Source: Schmidtea polychroa
Taxonomy: Eukaryota
DNA length: 64,000 bases
Assembly: GCA_044892525.1 (NCBI GenBank)
Contig: CM097885.1
Coordinates: 44,332,001-44,396,000 of the forward strand
Direction: 5' to 3'
Shown here: piece by piece, positions 24,241-64,000 of the stretch
Layout: the number at the start of each line of letters is the position of its first letter
How positions within the stretch are numbered: the first letter of the stretch is position 1
Program-made: the position numbers and the translations under genes
The notes under the pieces: generated by a model
The model's input: the letters and a program-made list of their open reading frames with translations, nothing else
Database searches by the model: none
Told to the model about the DNA's origin: nothing

Positions 24241-27169
24241 AAAACCAATAATGCAACAATCAAATACAAAGAGGAATTTTATTTATTCATTTTTATATCA
24301 CATAATTTCACACTAAATCTTTATCTAAACAAAATTCCGTATTTTTTCTACAAGTTGGTAGCGTTTCCCAATAGTAATATGTTGTTTTAAAATTACTTCT
24401 CTTTAACAATATCAACCTCTTTTCGTTCTTTAACTAGATTTAAAAATTGCAAGCGACATCTACTCACAAATCTTTAATGTATAAATATACAGCATTTGAT
24501 TTATTATTACCTTTCAAGTGACCTTCTAATGATTTATTTCGGTTGCTTAAACGACTTTTTGCTTACCAAATTTCAATGATTTATAATCATAAACATTTAA
24601 TTAATATATACCTATTTGCATTTTAGTCTCTAAGAGACCTCTGTGACGGAAGAACCATTTAGTTTTTATTTATTTTAACATTAGCCACTCATTTACATTT
24701 TGTCCACTCGAAATTTATTAATTTTTCTATCTTTATTGAAATTGAATAAATTAGGGTTTATCCCAAGAATAATAACAGGAATACCTTTAATTTTGATTTG
24801 AATCACCAATCCCACGCCCTTTACAACCAATTTGACATACTTTGCATCGAAAGTTTCCGTAAAGTTTTGTCAACAATTTTTTAAAAGATGTTTTATCATA
24901 TTTTTTGGTCTTTTAACCCAACGATTCTTTTGTTCATCTAGATTTATCACACTAAATTTATTCTACTATTCTAGATAAAAACCCATGAAATATGTTTTGA
25001 TTGAAAATTAATCAGTAGAAATTTGGTGATTCCTTGTAATGTTACAGTGTAAAATTCTGTTAGTTGACACCAGACCATATATATATTTATGATATTACTA
25101 ACTATTATGCAATTATAATCAAATATTTTGAGAATTGAATCAAACAAAGTTCAAGCATGTTAAGGTTTATAAGCAGGCCTTACTCTTTTCTAACATTGTA
25201 ATAACATGAAATAACATACACAAACTATCATTCACATCCATTCACAATAATTATTAATTTTCTAAATTAATTATTAGTTAAAGCTTGGCCTTAGAAAGGT
25301 ATCTTAGGATTTTATCCTCTTTGGTGTGGTGGCGGCTAATATGCAAACCAACGTCAAACAATAGTGAGTCTAAAAGTAACTTGCGTCACCTACCGATTAA
25401 GTCAAAATCATAATGAAATAGTGGACATACTCATGCGTAGATGTTTATATCCTTAATTGAAGCACCTAATTGGTGAGTGAGTTTTCTCAAAATTATGGCA
25501 TCATTTTTGCGCCATCTATGCTTTTACTGCGACTCCGCACCGAGGGCAATTGCCCCATTTGCCACCCCTTGAAAACGATCCTGAGTTAGAGATAAGACTG
25601 TAGAATGTTAGTAATAATTATTTTTTTTAAATTTAATTAATTAAAATTTATTTATAAAATGTTTTTAATTAATTCTCTTCGTACAACCAATATTTTATAA
25701 TAAAAGAATTCTTAATGAGTGACTTTGAGTGAGTTTGAAATTTTGGATTTATTTCAAAATAAATTATTCAATTGTTATTTTTTTCTAAAATTAAATGATT
25801 ACCTAAGAAAAATAGTTTAAAAAAAATTAAAAACTGCGATGAAAAATGAACCTATATTAACATTTTTATTAATATAAAAAATAAAATTCATCAGCTGTAA
25901 ATAATGGAAAATTTAATGAAATACGAATATCTTAGTAATCAGATTTCTTTTTGATTATTTTCATTAAATTTTAATTTAAAATGACTTAATTTATTGCAAT
26001 TAGAATTCCGTGATAAGTTATAATTAAAAAAAAACTCTCAAAAGAAATATATAAAATATTGGTTGTGTATTATATATGTATATATATATATATATATATA
26101 TGTGTATTATGCCGAATCCATTAAATTGTCGAATACGTGAAATCGGCAAAAATTGGCCGATGTCATGAAAAACGCAATGCCATTGCCGATTTGACATAAT
26201 CGGTGAATTCTACTGTGTACAAATTATAATTTCCCATGTGTTTTGATGTAATTATTGCATATATATATTTGCTTTGTATTTCAAGTTATTTATTGTTTAA
26301 ACGTTTCTAGAAAAAGATTATTAAAATATATTATATTCTATGTATCTGAACATATAAAATAAAATATTTCCAATACAATACCAATACAATACAATACCAA
26401 TGTATTAAAAAACCGATTTTTCATGGATTTGGTGTTACATATATAATAAATTCTTACACTTATACAGAGGAAATATAAATTTTTAAATAATATTACAGAA
26501 ACCTCCACATCTTTAACGTAAACTTGATATTTCATTATAATTCTGATAAAGATTAAAGTCTTATAGAAAATATAGTAGAAAGCAAAATTAAGGTTTATTG
26601 GCGCATACGTAATAAAAATAAATGAAGAAAATATTTTTCTTTTCTAATGAAAATTAATAAAATAGAATTATTAAGATAATCAATTTTATTTTCATAATAG
26701 TTTAAACACATTTACAAGACAGGTCACATAAAATTACTTTTTTCCAGATTTGACCATTTTTCTCAAATAAAACATGTTACTTAGATAAGTATATAAAATC
26801 TACACCTCTCACATGAGAGATATTTTAACTGTCATATTTATTGTAGGAGGTATACAAATATAATTCTGTGTATCTGAAATGATCAAACTGTTCACGATTA
26901 TGAAACAGATGTGTCTTAACATAAAGTCTTGATCGTGTACGTAGACCAAAATTATTTAAATATGTTTTTTCAACAAATGGATAATCCGCAGCATAATATT
27001 TATGTAATTTTATTACTGGCAGCTCTACATATATGTTACCTGTTAAAACAAAGTAAATTCTTCAAAACTTGCGATTACATTACGAGTCCCATAAATAATG
27101 CAAAACCAAAGTCAATATTAATTGGAATACAAAATTGAGGTTTTTCTACATTTAAAAGAACACTTATAT

Positions 27170-27880
27170 TTAAACGAGTATTAATTATAATAAAATGAGC
27201 ATTAAGTTTTTTAAAATGAGAATAAAAGAAATTTAGCAGTAATTAAATTGAATGAATTTTTTAAAATGATGGTTATTTATATTTATTAATTTGACTAAAA
27301 AATTCAAATTCAAAGTTTTAAATGGCTCAATCACAACGCGTAGCACATTATTCATGCGATACAGAGGAAGAGATAGACAACACCCAAGACAACATAGCTT
27401 CTAATACAAAACGCTCAAAACAAACTCGAAGAAAGTGGGTACCTTTTAAAACCTACAAGAGAGGGTTAAGGTTAGGGTACCAATTCGGCGAAACTGTTAA
27501 AATCTTAGATAAAAATATAAAACGCTACGAAAATGGTCGATTTAATACTTTCGAGATCTCCCGAGCTACACAATTTGGCACCACCACCAAAGGCAAAATA
27601 TGTCAATATTGGAACCAAGCGCAAGAAAGGAAGACCTACAAAACCTAAAACAGCTTTACTAAGACAATGCCAATGACAATTTTATAAATAATGTTCTGTG
27701 ATTTTTCAATTTCAAAAAATAATATTAAATAGTGGTCTTTTTTTGTCTATTGTTTTTTCTTAAATTGATTAATGTATTTTTTCATTTAAATTAATATAGT
27801 TCTTTAAATAAATTAATGCTAAATCTTTTTTTATATTAATGCTCATTCAATATATTATTAATGCTCAATTAAATACTAAC
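27170..27880 (+). mobile_element. Internally deleted MULE-like element
   Basis: ORF 27322-27648 has an N-terminal-like WVPFKT, and a shifted frame gives C-terminal KRKKGRPTKPKTALLRQ. Inverted gagcattaa / ttaatgctc repeats lie on the flanks. Boundaries are approximate. Confidence 0.4.
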
Positions 27881-30134
27881 CTTTAAAAAATATTATTAAA
27901 TAAAATATAGGCCAATAAAAGTTTCATGGATAGCAACTTATCTTTAGTACAGAATTTATTAAACTTTAGCTTATGATTGAGGTTTTGCGAATTTATTGTC
28001 TTTCATCATAAAAACTTTTATTTTTAATCAATGACAAAAATAAACATTAAGCATTTTACTGATAGTATTGTATTTAAATTACATCATTTTTAGGATTTTC
28101 AACTCGCTGGAAAAATTATAATTAAAATGATTGTTATAAATTAATATAAAGTAGAATCTCTGTTTACATCATGTCGAAAGTGTCAAAATATGTGAAAAAT
28201 AGCTAATAAATTTAGATAATTATTTATATAGATTTTATCTCATAGATTGTTTCTATTTTACTCTATTAAAACAAATTTGTTCAATTAATTCTTTTCCTTG
28301 TCGAATATCACTCCTCCTGATGTTTCTATGAATCTAATACTCATTCTTGATAAAATAATTTTTTTAATTTAATGAAATAACAAAAATAAATTCATTCAAA
28401 AACTATTTAGATTTTTATTATATTTGTAACAAAAGAACTAGAAGTTTTTTCTTTATTTTTTTCTATTTATGAAATTTAAATTTTCTAATATTAGGAATTT
28501 ATTCACGAAACTAAGTTCTAACGCTTACAATAGGGTGTGAAATATCTTACAAAGAGTAACTTCCAAAACTTTAAATACATGAAATACAATCCATCGATCA
28601 ACATAGAACTCACTTAGAGTTACAATTTTTTTTCTTTTCTGTTCTTTAAAATAAAATTATCTCCCAATAAAATAAATTTCAAAATATATATTTAAATTTT
28701 ACTTTACATTTAAATAAATAAACTAGGATTGATTAAAACACTTGATAAAGGATAAACTGAAAATTTAAATATTATTAGAGTTTTATGAATTTATAAATTT
28801 TAAGTCAACCAAAAATGAAGAAAAGAGAAATTGAAAATATTCGATTATTTGTAAAAAATATTAAAAATTTTAATTATCATTATCAAAAATCTGTTTGTAA
28901 AATATTTTATCTTCTTCAAAATTGGTCCGTTTTTAGTTACCTTTGGATTTTGTTATTGACTACTGATCAACATTTTCTATAAAATATTGATCTAGACTCT
29001 AAAATATTTTCTGTTGGTTATTTTAAAATAATATATTATAAATTACTTTTTTTTTATTTAAAAATTTTATGCCCAATGTCTTATTCCGTTTTGAAACCCG
29101 GTGTGTGGCCCGAAAATTATAATTTTGATTAATTCTTGAAGAATTTGGTCCTAAAGAGAAAACCTTTGATAACCCCTGATCTAGAGTATAAAATAAAAAA
29201 AAATATTTGAAACAATATTTATATAATTATTATTTTATTTTTTCGTTATTGAGCTATTAAAGCGCATTTATGTATATTTGTATTACTCATTTTGTTCTCA
29301 TATTCTATTTCACAGCCACTTGATTTCACATATAATCAAATAAGAATCATTTCCCGACCATCTCTTACATCTTTTTTAATCATAACATATAAATTTTGTT
29401 TACATTTATAAATAAAAAATTTCACATTGCAGAATTAAATCGTAATTTCATAAATAAACTATTAAGTTTTCACGAAAATGCTTTACTGAGATTTTATTAT
29501 TCCAATTTTATATATGGTCACTTTACATTTTAGGATTTTATAATACTATAGAAAAAATTATCTCTAATTCTTTTAACCATAAAATATTTAGGTATTTAGG
29601 TATTAGAGACTTTTTTCTGTTAAGCACTGAAAGTTAAATACAAACAAACAAAATATGTTTAATTTTATTTTTAAAATGCCATTTCATTTTTAAGCATGAT
29701 TAAAAATTAAAATGTTGATAAATTTTTTTAGAAAAAATTACATAATAGTTTGTTTTATGGTTTAAATATAATTTAATTATTTAAATTTCATATTTTTTAA
29801 CGTCATTGGTTGACTTTTTAAAATCTAAATCAAAAGAAGTTTTCTAAAAAAATTCAAAATTAAATGTTGAAAAAATAATAAAATCATGGAAAATATATTT
29901 TTGATTAAAATTTGTTCATAAAATGTTTTATTCCATGGTCGAACTAATGACGTAGGACCATGCGAGTCGGGGGAGGACAACAGACATTAATATTATTAAT
30001 AAGTATTAATAAATATTAATATATATATTAACAAAAATCGCCATTCGTAGATCTTTTTCACTATATATTTCGATAGCATCACTATCATTATCAGCTTACC
30101 TACAGTCACTAGGGATGAATAACTATGAATGTAG

Positions 30135-30178
30135 GTAACCTGATGATGATAGTGATGCTATCGAAATATATAGTGAAA
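30135..30178 (+). ncRNA. Minimal type I hammerhead ribozyme motif (canonical C3-G8 core)
   Basis: CUGAUGA(30140-46)-U-GAUAG/UGAUG/CUAUC-GAAA-UAUA-UA. Loop III is palindromic; stem I is weak. Confidence 0.75.
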
Positions 30179-30224
30179 CAGATGTACGAATGATGATTTT
30201 TATTAATAACGTCTTTACTGTGTT

Positions 30225-31636
30225 CATAATGACGGAGATCCCATGAGACCTGTTTTATCTATGATTTGAACAGCTTAATATAAAATAGTAAAGTATTTGG
30301 ATGGATTATTAAAACCATTAATAAAATCTGAGTTTGAATGTAAGGACAGTTTTGAATTTGCATCATGTATAGGACAATTGAATAAAAATAATGTTAATGA
30401 GTATATGATTTTGTTTGATGTATGTAGTTTATTTACTAATGATCCATTGAAAGAAACAATCAATTTATGTTGTGAATTATGGAATGAAAATATTAATGCG
30501 CATAATATGTGTGATGGAAATGCATTTAGGAAGCTCTTACAGTTTGAAACTTCCAAAGTTAATTTTCTTTTTAATAATGAATGGTATGAACAAATTGATG
30601 GAGTGGCTATGGGTTCGCCCTTAGCACCAAAAATGGCGTCAATAATTTTGGCATGTTTAGAAAAGAAAATTGCTTCTTTTCAATATGAAAAACCAATTGT
30701 GTATTAAAGGTATGTTGATGATACTTTTTTGATATTTAGAAATAAGGAACATGTGGACCTTTTTTTGCATTACATGAATGGATTGCATAAGAACATTGTA
30801 TTCACATGTGAAACTGAGAAGGATTCATCCATAGCATTTCTTGACTTGTATATTAAACGTAAAGATGAACAATATGAGACAGAAATATATCGAAAACAAA
30901 CAGATACTGGTCTCTATACTACCCCAGAGAGTTTTTTTGTGAATTTAAATATAAAAGAAATATGGTGAAATGATTAGATTTCAAAACGAGTATTATCGAT
31001 CATGGTGCTTATCTTCCACTTTTAAATATTCAGTGAAAAATGTAGATAAATTAGTTGAATTACTGGTGAAGAATGGTTTTTATTGTTAACGTTGAAAGAG
31101 ACTGTTGATAAATTTATTAATAATGCTTAGGATCGTAGTATGAATGAATGTAAATTGACGGACATGTCGAATGATGTATTGAATATGAGTATTGATACTA
31201 ACAAACAAGGTGAGCCAATATATACGATGGTATTGTCTGAAGGATATAAAGATTTCAAAAGAAAGATAGGTAAACAGCCGGGTAAATTGAATTATAGAAT
31301 TGTTTTGAAATCGTGCAAAGTAAGTAGTATGTTTGTAAGTAAATCTCAAACACCGGGTTTCAAACAATTCACATGTAATGGGTGTAATGCCACATACATT
31401 GGAGAGACTTTCCGTCATCTCTGTACTCGAGTTCAAGAACACTGTTGACCGAAGGAAGTGTCCAATATTAAGGATCATAATAAAGTCTGTTAGGAATGTC
31501 GGATTTTAAAATCTTATCAAAAAATTTGATAATTGTTTTGAGCGTGTGATATGTGAAGCATTATTGATAAGAACTTTTAATCCTAAAATCAATGTGAAGA
31601 ATGCAGTGACAACGTGTGTGTTGAATGTTTTTAATT
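30225..31636 (+). pseudogene. Penelope-type RT / GIY-YIG endonuclease ORF with stops and frameshifts
   Basis: LFDVCSLFTN, YEQIDGVAMGSPLAP, RYVDDTF, FLDLYI, YRKQTDTGLY, FTCNGCNATYIGETFRHLCTRVQEH, EALLIRTFNPKIN. Confidence 0.9.
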
Positions 31637-32069
31637 AAGTTTTTGTATGTTGATGTATATTGGATAATAGTTATGTTAAATAATTAAAAAAATAATTAAA
31701 ATAATATTTTTAAACAATTATCTAAGTTTAAAATAATTGATTGTTGAAAATTATTTTTAAAAATAATTATTTAAAATTGTTATTTATAATTTAAAAATTT
31801 ATAGATTTTATAATTTGTTTATAAATTATCAATATTGTATAGTTATTCATCCGTCGTACATGTAGGTAACCTGATGATGTTATCGAAATATATAGTGAAA
31901 CAGATGTACAAATGGCGATTTTATTAATAAAATCTTTACCGTGTTTATTTAAGTATTTATTTAAAAATCATACTTTGGCTGTTTCAATATTCAAAAGACT
32001 CATATAGATTTAATAATTTGTATAGTTCTTGTATAGTTATTCATAGTTATTCATCCCTAGTGAATTTAG

Positions 32070-32112
32070 GTAACCTGATGATGATAGTGATGCTATCGAA
32101 ATATATAGTGAA
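32070..32112 (+). ncRNA. Minimal hammerhead motif in the 3' pLTR
   Basis: Core and stem II are identical to the 30140 copy (CUGAUGA at 32075-32081, GAAA at 32098-32101). Confidence 0.75.
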
Positions 32113-32875
32113 AAATTTATATATATCGTCCGACTTACTTATTTAAGTTAAAATAACATGCCAACTCACTACAAAGAACTTTGAATAGGTTCGCCACGCG
32201 CATATTATAATTCATAGACTGCATAAGTGGTTAATAAAACTTTATTTTATAATTGTATTTGGTAGCTTTTCTTTGAAATATTTAAGGAGTCTTTATAACT
32301 CATTCTTTATTTCATTGTTTTTATTCATTTCACCAATTCTTAAAATTATATTTTCTGATATTATTACAATTTGTAGTCATGAAAACCCTATAATTATTTA
32401 TAAATATTCTTTCTATGGGGTTTTAATTATTTTAAACAATCGACATCATTACAAGTCTCATCAAATTAATTATATTTTTTTAATTATATCATTAAATTGA
32501 AAATTGTTTAAATTTTAAATGACAAATCTTTTAAGTTTTCTGGCATAACACTTTAAAATTCAAACAACCTTATATTTTATTTAATTTTCATAAGTTATTT
32601 TTTCAATTAGCCTTAATTAAAAATACGAAACCTTTTCATTTTTCAATTAACTGCATAAAACATTAACACGTAATCAACATTTATAAATTATATTCTTAAC
32701 TTAACACGTGCTTATAGAAAAACTGAGAACAAAAAAAACAAATGGCAACTTTTGGTATTTTTAATGAAAATCATATGTTTATAACTTGGAGATTTGTAAA
32801 CGAATTAAATATTCAAATTAAATAATATATTAAAAAAATATAAAAATAAAATATAAAAAAGGATTATTGACTAGG

Positions 32876-32916
32876 ATGATTGACAAGGACTATCTTATAG
32901 TCGAAAATCTTTTCAT
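32876..32916 (+). ncRNA. Minimal hammerhead-like motif with U3-A8 core (repeat family B)
   Basis: AUGA-UUGACAA-G-GACUAU/CUU/AUAGUC-GAAA-AUCU-UU-UCAU: 4-bp stem I and 6-bp stem II. Confidence 0.6.
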
Positions 32917-33010
32917 TAAATACATTATTTGCAGCAAAAGGCTTAAATTATCATTTTATTGTTTTAAATAATAAATGCTGCTACCAAGAAATCATCATTT
33001 TATAATTATA
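32876..33010 (+). repeat. Repeat family B copy (about 130 bp)
   Basis: Near-identical inverted copy at about 41255-41381. Confidence 0.85.
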
Positions 33011-33178
33011 ATTATTAATAAATAATTAATATAAATATTTATTATTAAACATTAATTTATTATAAAATAACTTAAATTAAATAGTTCACATTTAATATGT
33101 ATAGTTTTTTAATAAATATATCATGGAATTCATATTTGGCTGTGAACATTGATAAATCTTTTTCACTTCACTAAATAC

Positions 33179-33306
<128 letters not shown>

Positions 33307-34596
33307 CAATTGTCATCACAATAAATCATATGTTTGAAAAATATTTCATATTGCCATGTATTTTTTGTGTTTATTCAACTCTTGCTTGTTCTTTAATATC
33401 AAAATCAAAATTCACTTAACAATAACTTTATTTAAATAATTAGAACTGCATTTGTAAATTATAATTTATCAACATCAGTTAATGCCTAACTGTGATAATT
33501 TATCAGTTTCAAGAAATGTTGGTTGTAAATAACCTTTAAATTAAAAAGTAATAGTAATAGTAATAATAAATAGTAAATAGTAAATAGCAATAACCTCCAA
33601 TTTTCATTTAACATTTTATATATTTTCATTACGACTATAGGTTAATTATTTTCACATGTAACACAAATTTTTAACACTGATTTTTTCAATTTCCAGCTTT
33701 TTTAAAACTTGATTTTAATTGATTAGTCTTAACATTAACCAAAAATGTACTTGTAAATTATCTTGTCTATCCACTTGAACTCAATATCTCCGCATTGTCC
33801 ACTTTAACAATATATTATTTATTTTTCATAATAGGAAATGTATAAATGTATATAAACTCTAATTAATATCAGCATTTTTGTTTAATTAATAAAATAAATC
33901 TTAGCGGTGTTAAAAATAGATGTAAGAAATAAGTTACCATATTATCTTATATCTTTATAACTACAAGAATATGAAGCCGCTGAATAAACATTATATAATT
34001 CCTGACAGTCTCCGTAAATTTCTGGAAGACAAATATTGAATCTAAATAAGTTAACTAAAATAATTTCATTCTTAGCAAATGATGAAGCTGAAAAAGAAAT
34101 ATATAACGCAGCATTTATTCATTTATGAGTAGACTTTCGAAATTTATATAGATTAGACTTAAACACTTTGTAAACTTTTTGAATCTTTATTCATTTTATT
34201 CTCTGTTAAATTGCACTTTTAAGAATGGATTGACAATTCTTATAAATACGTTACATTTATTCTTATTTATTAGAAATTCATTCATATAAATTGCATATCA
34301 AATATTTTGGAAACTAATTATTTTTTAATTTTAATTTTTTAAGTTTTATTCCGGTTAAGTGTTGTAACTTTTTCGCAATTAAAATTGGTTACATATAAGA
34401 TATTTTAAACAAAAAACACGTCACTTGATATAGGACTCTATACGCTATTAGTAAGTATTGAGTACTAAATGGACGGACGAGCACTAGATTTTACGAATTG
34501 TATTGTTGTTGTTGACTTTCTATGACAATTTGTCCCAAAAATTTATTTTCTAATTTGTATTAAATTAATATTACTTGGGAGCAGTGGCGACTAATT

Positions 34597-35992
<1,396 letters not shown>

Positions 35993-38511
35993 TTAACTGG
36001 GAAATTGAATTTAAACAAACAAAAATGTAGTTATTAAATAAATTTACAACTCATACTAATTAAATGTTCTTACAAAGTCAATTCAAATGAAATATTAATT
36101 GAGACCCCAGAAAAAATTGAATATCAAATAATTAAAGATTGATTGTATGCTTGAAGATGAAGATCCAAAGCTGAAAAAGAAATAAAAAAGTAAAAATCTA
36201 TAAGAGTTATTCATACTTTTGTTGAATCAACGTTTAATTTTGTCAATATTTTTCCTTATTTATTTAACGCAAAAATATTGATCAATAAAATAAAATAAAA
36301 TAAATAATGCAAAAATTATTACTATTAATTGACTTCGATGCAACTACTCAAATTTAATATTTATTTAATACAAAGTGAAACAAATCTTTGTCAAGTTATT
36401 CGAAAATATAAACAGTTCAGCATGTAGACATTTGTATTAATATAGCACAATATAGTACAGTTGGACAGCCCTGTAGTTCATGAATAATTTTTCAATCTAC
36501 TTTATACTTTAACACACTTTTATTTCAACATTTTCAGGGAAAAATATTTTAATGTGAGAAAAACTAATTTTATTTTTCTATTAATCTTATCAGCACTACC
36601 ATACGATAGGTTTTGTGATTTTACTGTTGAAAGATTCTATAAAGTTTACACCAGATTTTAATTTTTCACTAATTTAGTTAAAAACAAATAAACGTACACA
36701 TGTCTATCTTTATCCATGAAGAAACTATTATTAAAATGTCTATAATAAAATTATAATAAATAGGATTCATAGTGAATATTGTTTTTGCTTATAATAAATT
36801 AATTCATAAATCAAGGTATCCCAATGATATTTTATGATAAACTTTATTATAAATACATTTTTCACTCAAGCCGAAAATTGTTTATATTAAGTAAATTAAT
36901 TTTCATAGAACAACAAATTAAAAGCTCAAATAATTTTGTAAAGTTCAATGTCTGCAAATAGTTTATCAATCAAACAATGTAAAATGTCAAACACAAAAAA
37001 TATTTCATCAGTAGATGAAAATACTAATTTAGATATTCTTTCATGTCAAATTTTGCCAAATTTACAACTAAAATAATCAAAAAGTATAAACTCATTTAAT
37101 TTTAATAATTAATATAACCAATTCTTTATTTATTGAAATTCTTTAATGAAATATTTAATGAAAAATTCTTATGAAAATGCTTATTTGGTCAGTAATTTTG
37201 ATAATAAACAGCTAGTATTTTTTTAAATAAATTATGCTAGAAAATAATATTTTAGCCAGTATAATTTTATTTTTAAAATACATTTCAATAATTATTTTAT
37301 TTTATTTAAAATCATAACTTTTCAAGTAATGTATCAAAATCAGACTAATTTGTCGCAATTATTTTTTGCATTAATCAGAGAAAAACGATAATAAATCGAC
37401 AATGAATCGAGGCAGAAGAATAAAGCTGAAAGGAAACTTTATGCCAATTTTTGGAGGTTTTAATTAATAGCTCAGACTCAAAAAGTAGAAGAAAATAACA
37501 GGCGTATTATCTCTATTTTTGGGATTTTTTATAGTTTATATTTTGGATTATTAAAAAAAGTACTGATATATTTATTAATACATATAGATACTTATTTTTA
37601 ATTACTTACCACTTATTTGAAATACTGCCTTATTTTCCTTGTTATAAGTCACACCTGCGTAAATTACCTATTTTTCCGAAAAAATTATCATATAAATCAC
37701 ACACAAAAGTTTGAAGCTAACCCAAATTCCGTCCCTCGACATTATCCGATATCTGATTAATTTATTTCATTTATTTTTTATAGCAACTTTTATAATATTC
37801 GAGGTTATACCAATTATTTATATTACTTACTAACATTTAATTTTAAATACTGACCCATCAAACAACATTTCATTTATGTCCATTTAATTTGAGTTTATTC
37901 TTAATTATTTTTAATTTAACAACAAAAACTTTAGTTTTCGATCAGTATGACAAAAACATTAAAATCTTATTGAATTTATTCTAGAAAAGGTCAAGACAAT
38001 TTAAACAAAATTGTCTATATAAACAAAAGTCAAATTTCTCTTGTCATAAATGTGTATTTTATAATATGAATAAATTTATTGCATGGGGTGTGAATCTATA
38101 GCATTTATTTTCAACTTTAGATGAAAATCGCTCGAGATATAATTCAACTTTAATTTTCTTTAGACATTCTTATTATAGCAACAAAATGGTTTATTATAAC
38201 ATTGTCCTATGATATACTGAAGAGTAAATATATGTTATGAGAGAAATGAAGGAATAATAAAATAAAATATGAGATATAAGAAATTAAATGTTATACTAGA
38301 AATTTATTCAATTTACATATTTCGAATGTTATTTTATGTATCTTTGTTACCTTTTTTAACAGATTTATATATAAGGAAAAAAATGTTTATTCTTAGACAG
38401 AATATTTTTCAAAACATGACAGTTCATCTTGTCACATTATGTCGCTGGCAATTGAAAATTTCCAAAAATACTATAAAAATAAAATGTTAAATTTATCTTT
38501 ATCCAAAGTTA

Positions 38512-38514
<3 letters not shown>

Positions 38515-38590
<76 letters not shown>

Positions 38591-38610
38591 TATTATTATT
38601 ATTATTATTA
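38515..38610. repeat. (ATT)n microsatellite
   Basis: Read directly from the sequence. Confidence 0.95.
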
Positions 38611-39066
38611 CCATAGTTATTATCATAATTTTTAACTATATCATTTTCAAATCACAACAATCCAAATTCTGACAATAAAATACGTACCCACCTCTTTTCC
38701 TTACCCAGATAGTGAAAGTGATTTGTCAGATGTTTAGAGACACAATTTATATAGAATAGGAAAAATGAAGAGAAAAGGAGAATATTGCTATCACATAAAT
38801 AGACAAACATGCTATATATTATCTAATATTCACAATTCATGTAACTGTCATCATTAATAATAATTAAATTGCTATATTATAATAAAAATTGACATTCGCA
38901 TGCCTTAAATGTTATTTTACTGTTTGCATTGATTAAATTTAAATTTACTTTATTTTTCAACCAATCAGATTTCAGTTAATTTTGGTTTCTTAAATATGAC
39001 ATAATAACTATTTTATTAATTATAAGTTTTAATTCATTGTAATTACAAATTATCATTATAATATCC

Positions 39067-63470
<24,404 letters not shown>

Positions 63471-63516
63471 GTTAATGATAAAATATACATAATAAAATAA
63501 AAATTCATATACATAT

Positions 63517-63518
<2 letters not shown>

Positions 63519-63603
<85 letters not shown>
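63519..63603. repeat. (AAT)n microsatellite
   Basis: Read directly from the sequence. Confidence 0.95.
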
Positions 63604-63609
63604 TGTAAA

Positions 63610-64000
63610 ATTGATTCGAAAACTTTTGTCTACCTCATAAGAAAAGTCAAGATATATCGAAAGTTCCAAACACATGATTATAAATGAAAAACATATTCTA
63701 AAAATGTCATCTTTGAACAAAGAGCAATTCTTTCATGTCAGACTTTCTTAACTAATTTACGAAATCTGCTACCAATGCCAAGAATGTTCTATTCATCACC
63801 ACGCAAAGACGGATATGAAAATCTACTACCAATTTTGAATGAAATTTGATGTTAAAGATTTGTCCCTTCTTTCAACCCGCAGAACATCAATTTGGTGACA
63901 TTATTACACATTGTTAGAGTTGTAGTGCTTTATCACTATGATAAAAAGGAAGGCCCTGGTTGTCTTTATAGAGATTGTCAGTGTGAATTCAACCCAAAGC
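63610..64000 (+). mobile_element. Possible degraded non-LTR retrotransposon (R2/NeSL-like post-RT region)
   Basis: RNLLPMPRMFYSSPRKDGYENLLP resembles the LP....FY.P.K.GGLG motif. Weak. Confidence 0.3.

Larger units (their letters stand above)
30033..32112 (+). mobile_element. Penelope-like retroelement (RT plus GIY-YIG), 5'-truncated, with inverted 5' and direct 3' pseudo-LTRs
   Basis: The pLTR block gtaggtaacctgatgatgatagtgatgctatcgaaatatatagtgaaa occurs at 30131, at 31862 (with a deletion) and at about 32067, and inverted at about 30055-30102. Confidence 0.9.

Noticed and set aside
24250..25000. Faint non-LTR retrotransposon-like peptides (also at about 10250-10800 and 33330-33870)
   Set aside because: Too degraded to support a call by eye.
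29934..29985. GC-richer 7-bp hairpin catggtc...gaccatg upstream of the PLE
   Set aside because: Single short stem with no recognisable ncRNA motif and no second copy.

Overview
Very AT-rich, intron-containing animal DNA with long (AAT)n and (TA)n tracts and 45-55 bp mini-introns. A planarian-like flatworm is my inference, not something the sequence proves. Two host genes can be assembled by hand. One is the 3' part of a soluble peptidyl-alpha-hydroxyglycine alpha-amidating lyase (PAL, 6 exons, 6761-9410, +). The other is the 5' half of a Slo2/KCNT-type K+ channel (about 39067 to beyond 63470, +), which has candidate alternative first exons and a pair of apparently mutually exclusive S1-S2 loop exons. 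The rest is mostly decayed transposons: hAT, MULE, piggyBac, Merlin, a Tc/pogo MITE, solo LTRs, two Penelope-like elements and a Polinton-like remnant. The most notable hidden signals are (i) three families of minimal hammerhead-ribozyme motifs, two with the compensated U3-A8 core, carried by short dispersed repeats that often form fold-back structures, and (ii) an intronless chimeric pseudogene that joins an FKBP6/shutdown-like TPR fragment in frame to an EF1-alpha fragment across a shared GEF microhomology. All protein and family assignments come from motif recognition by eye. No searches were run.
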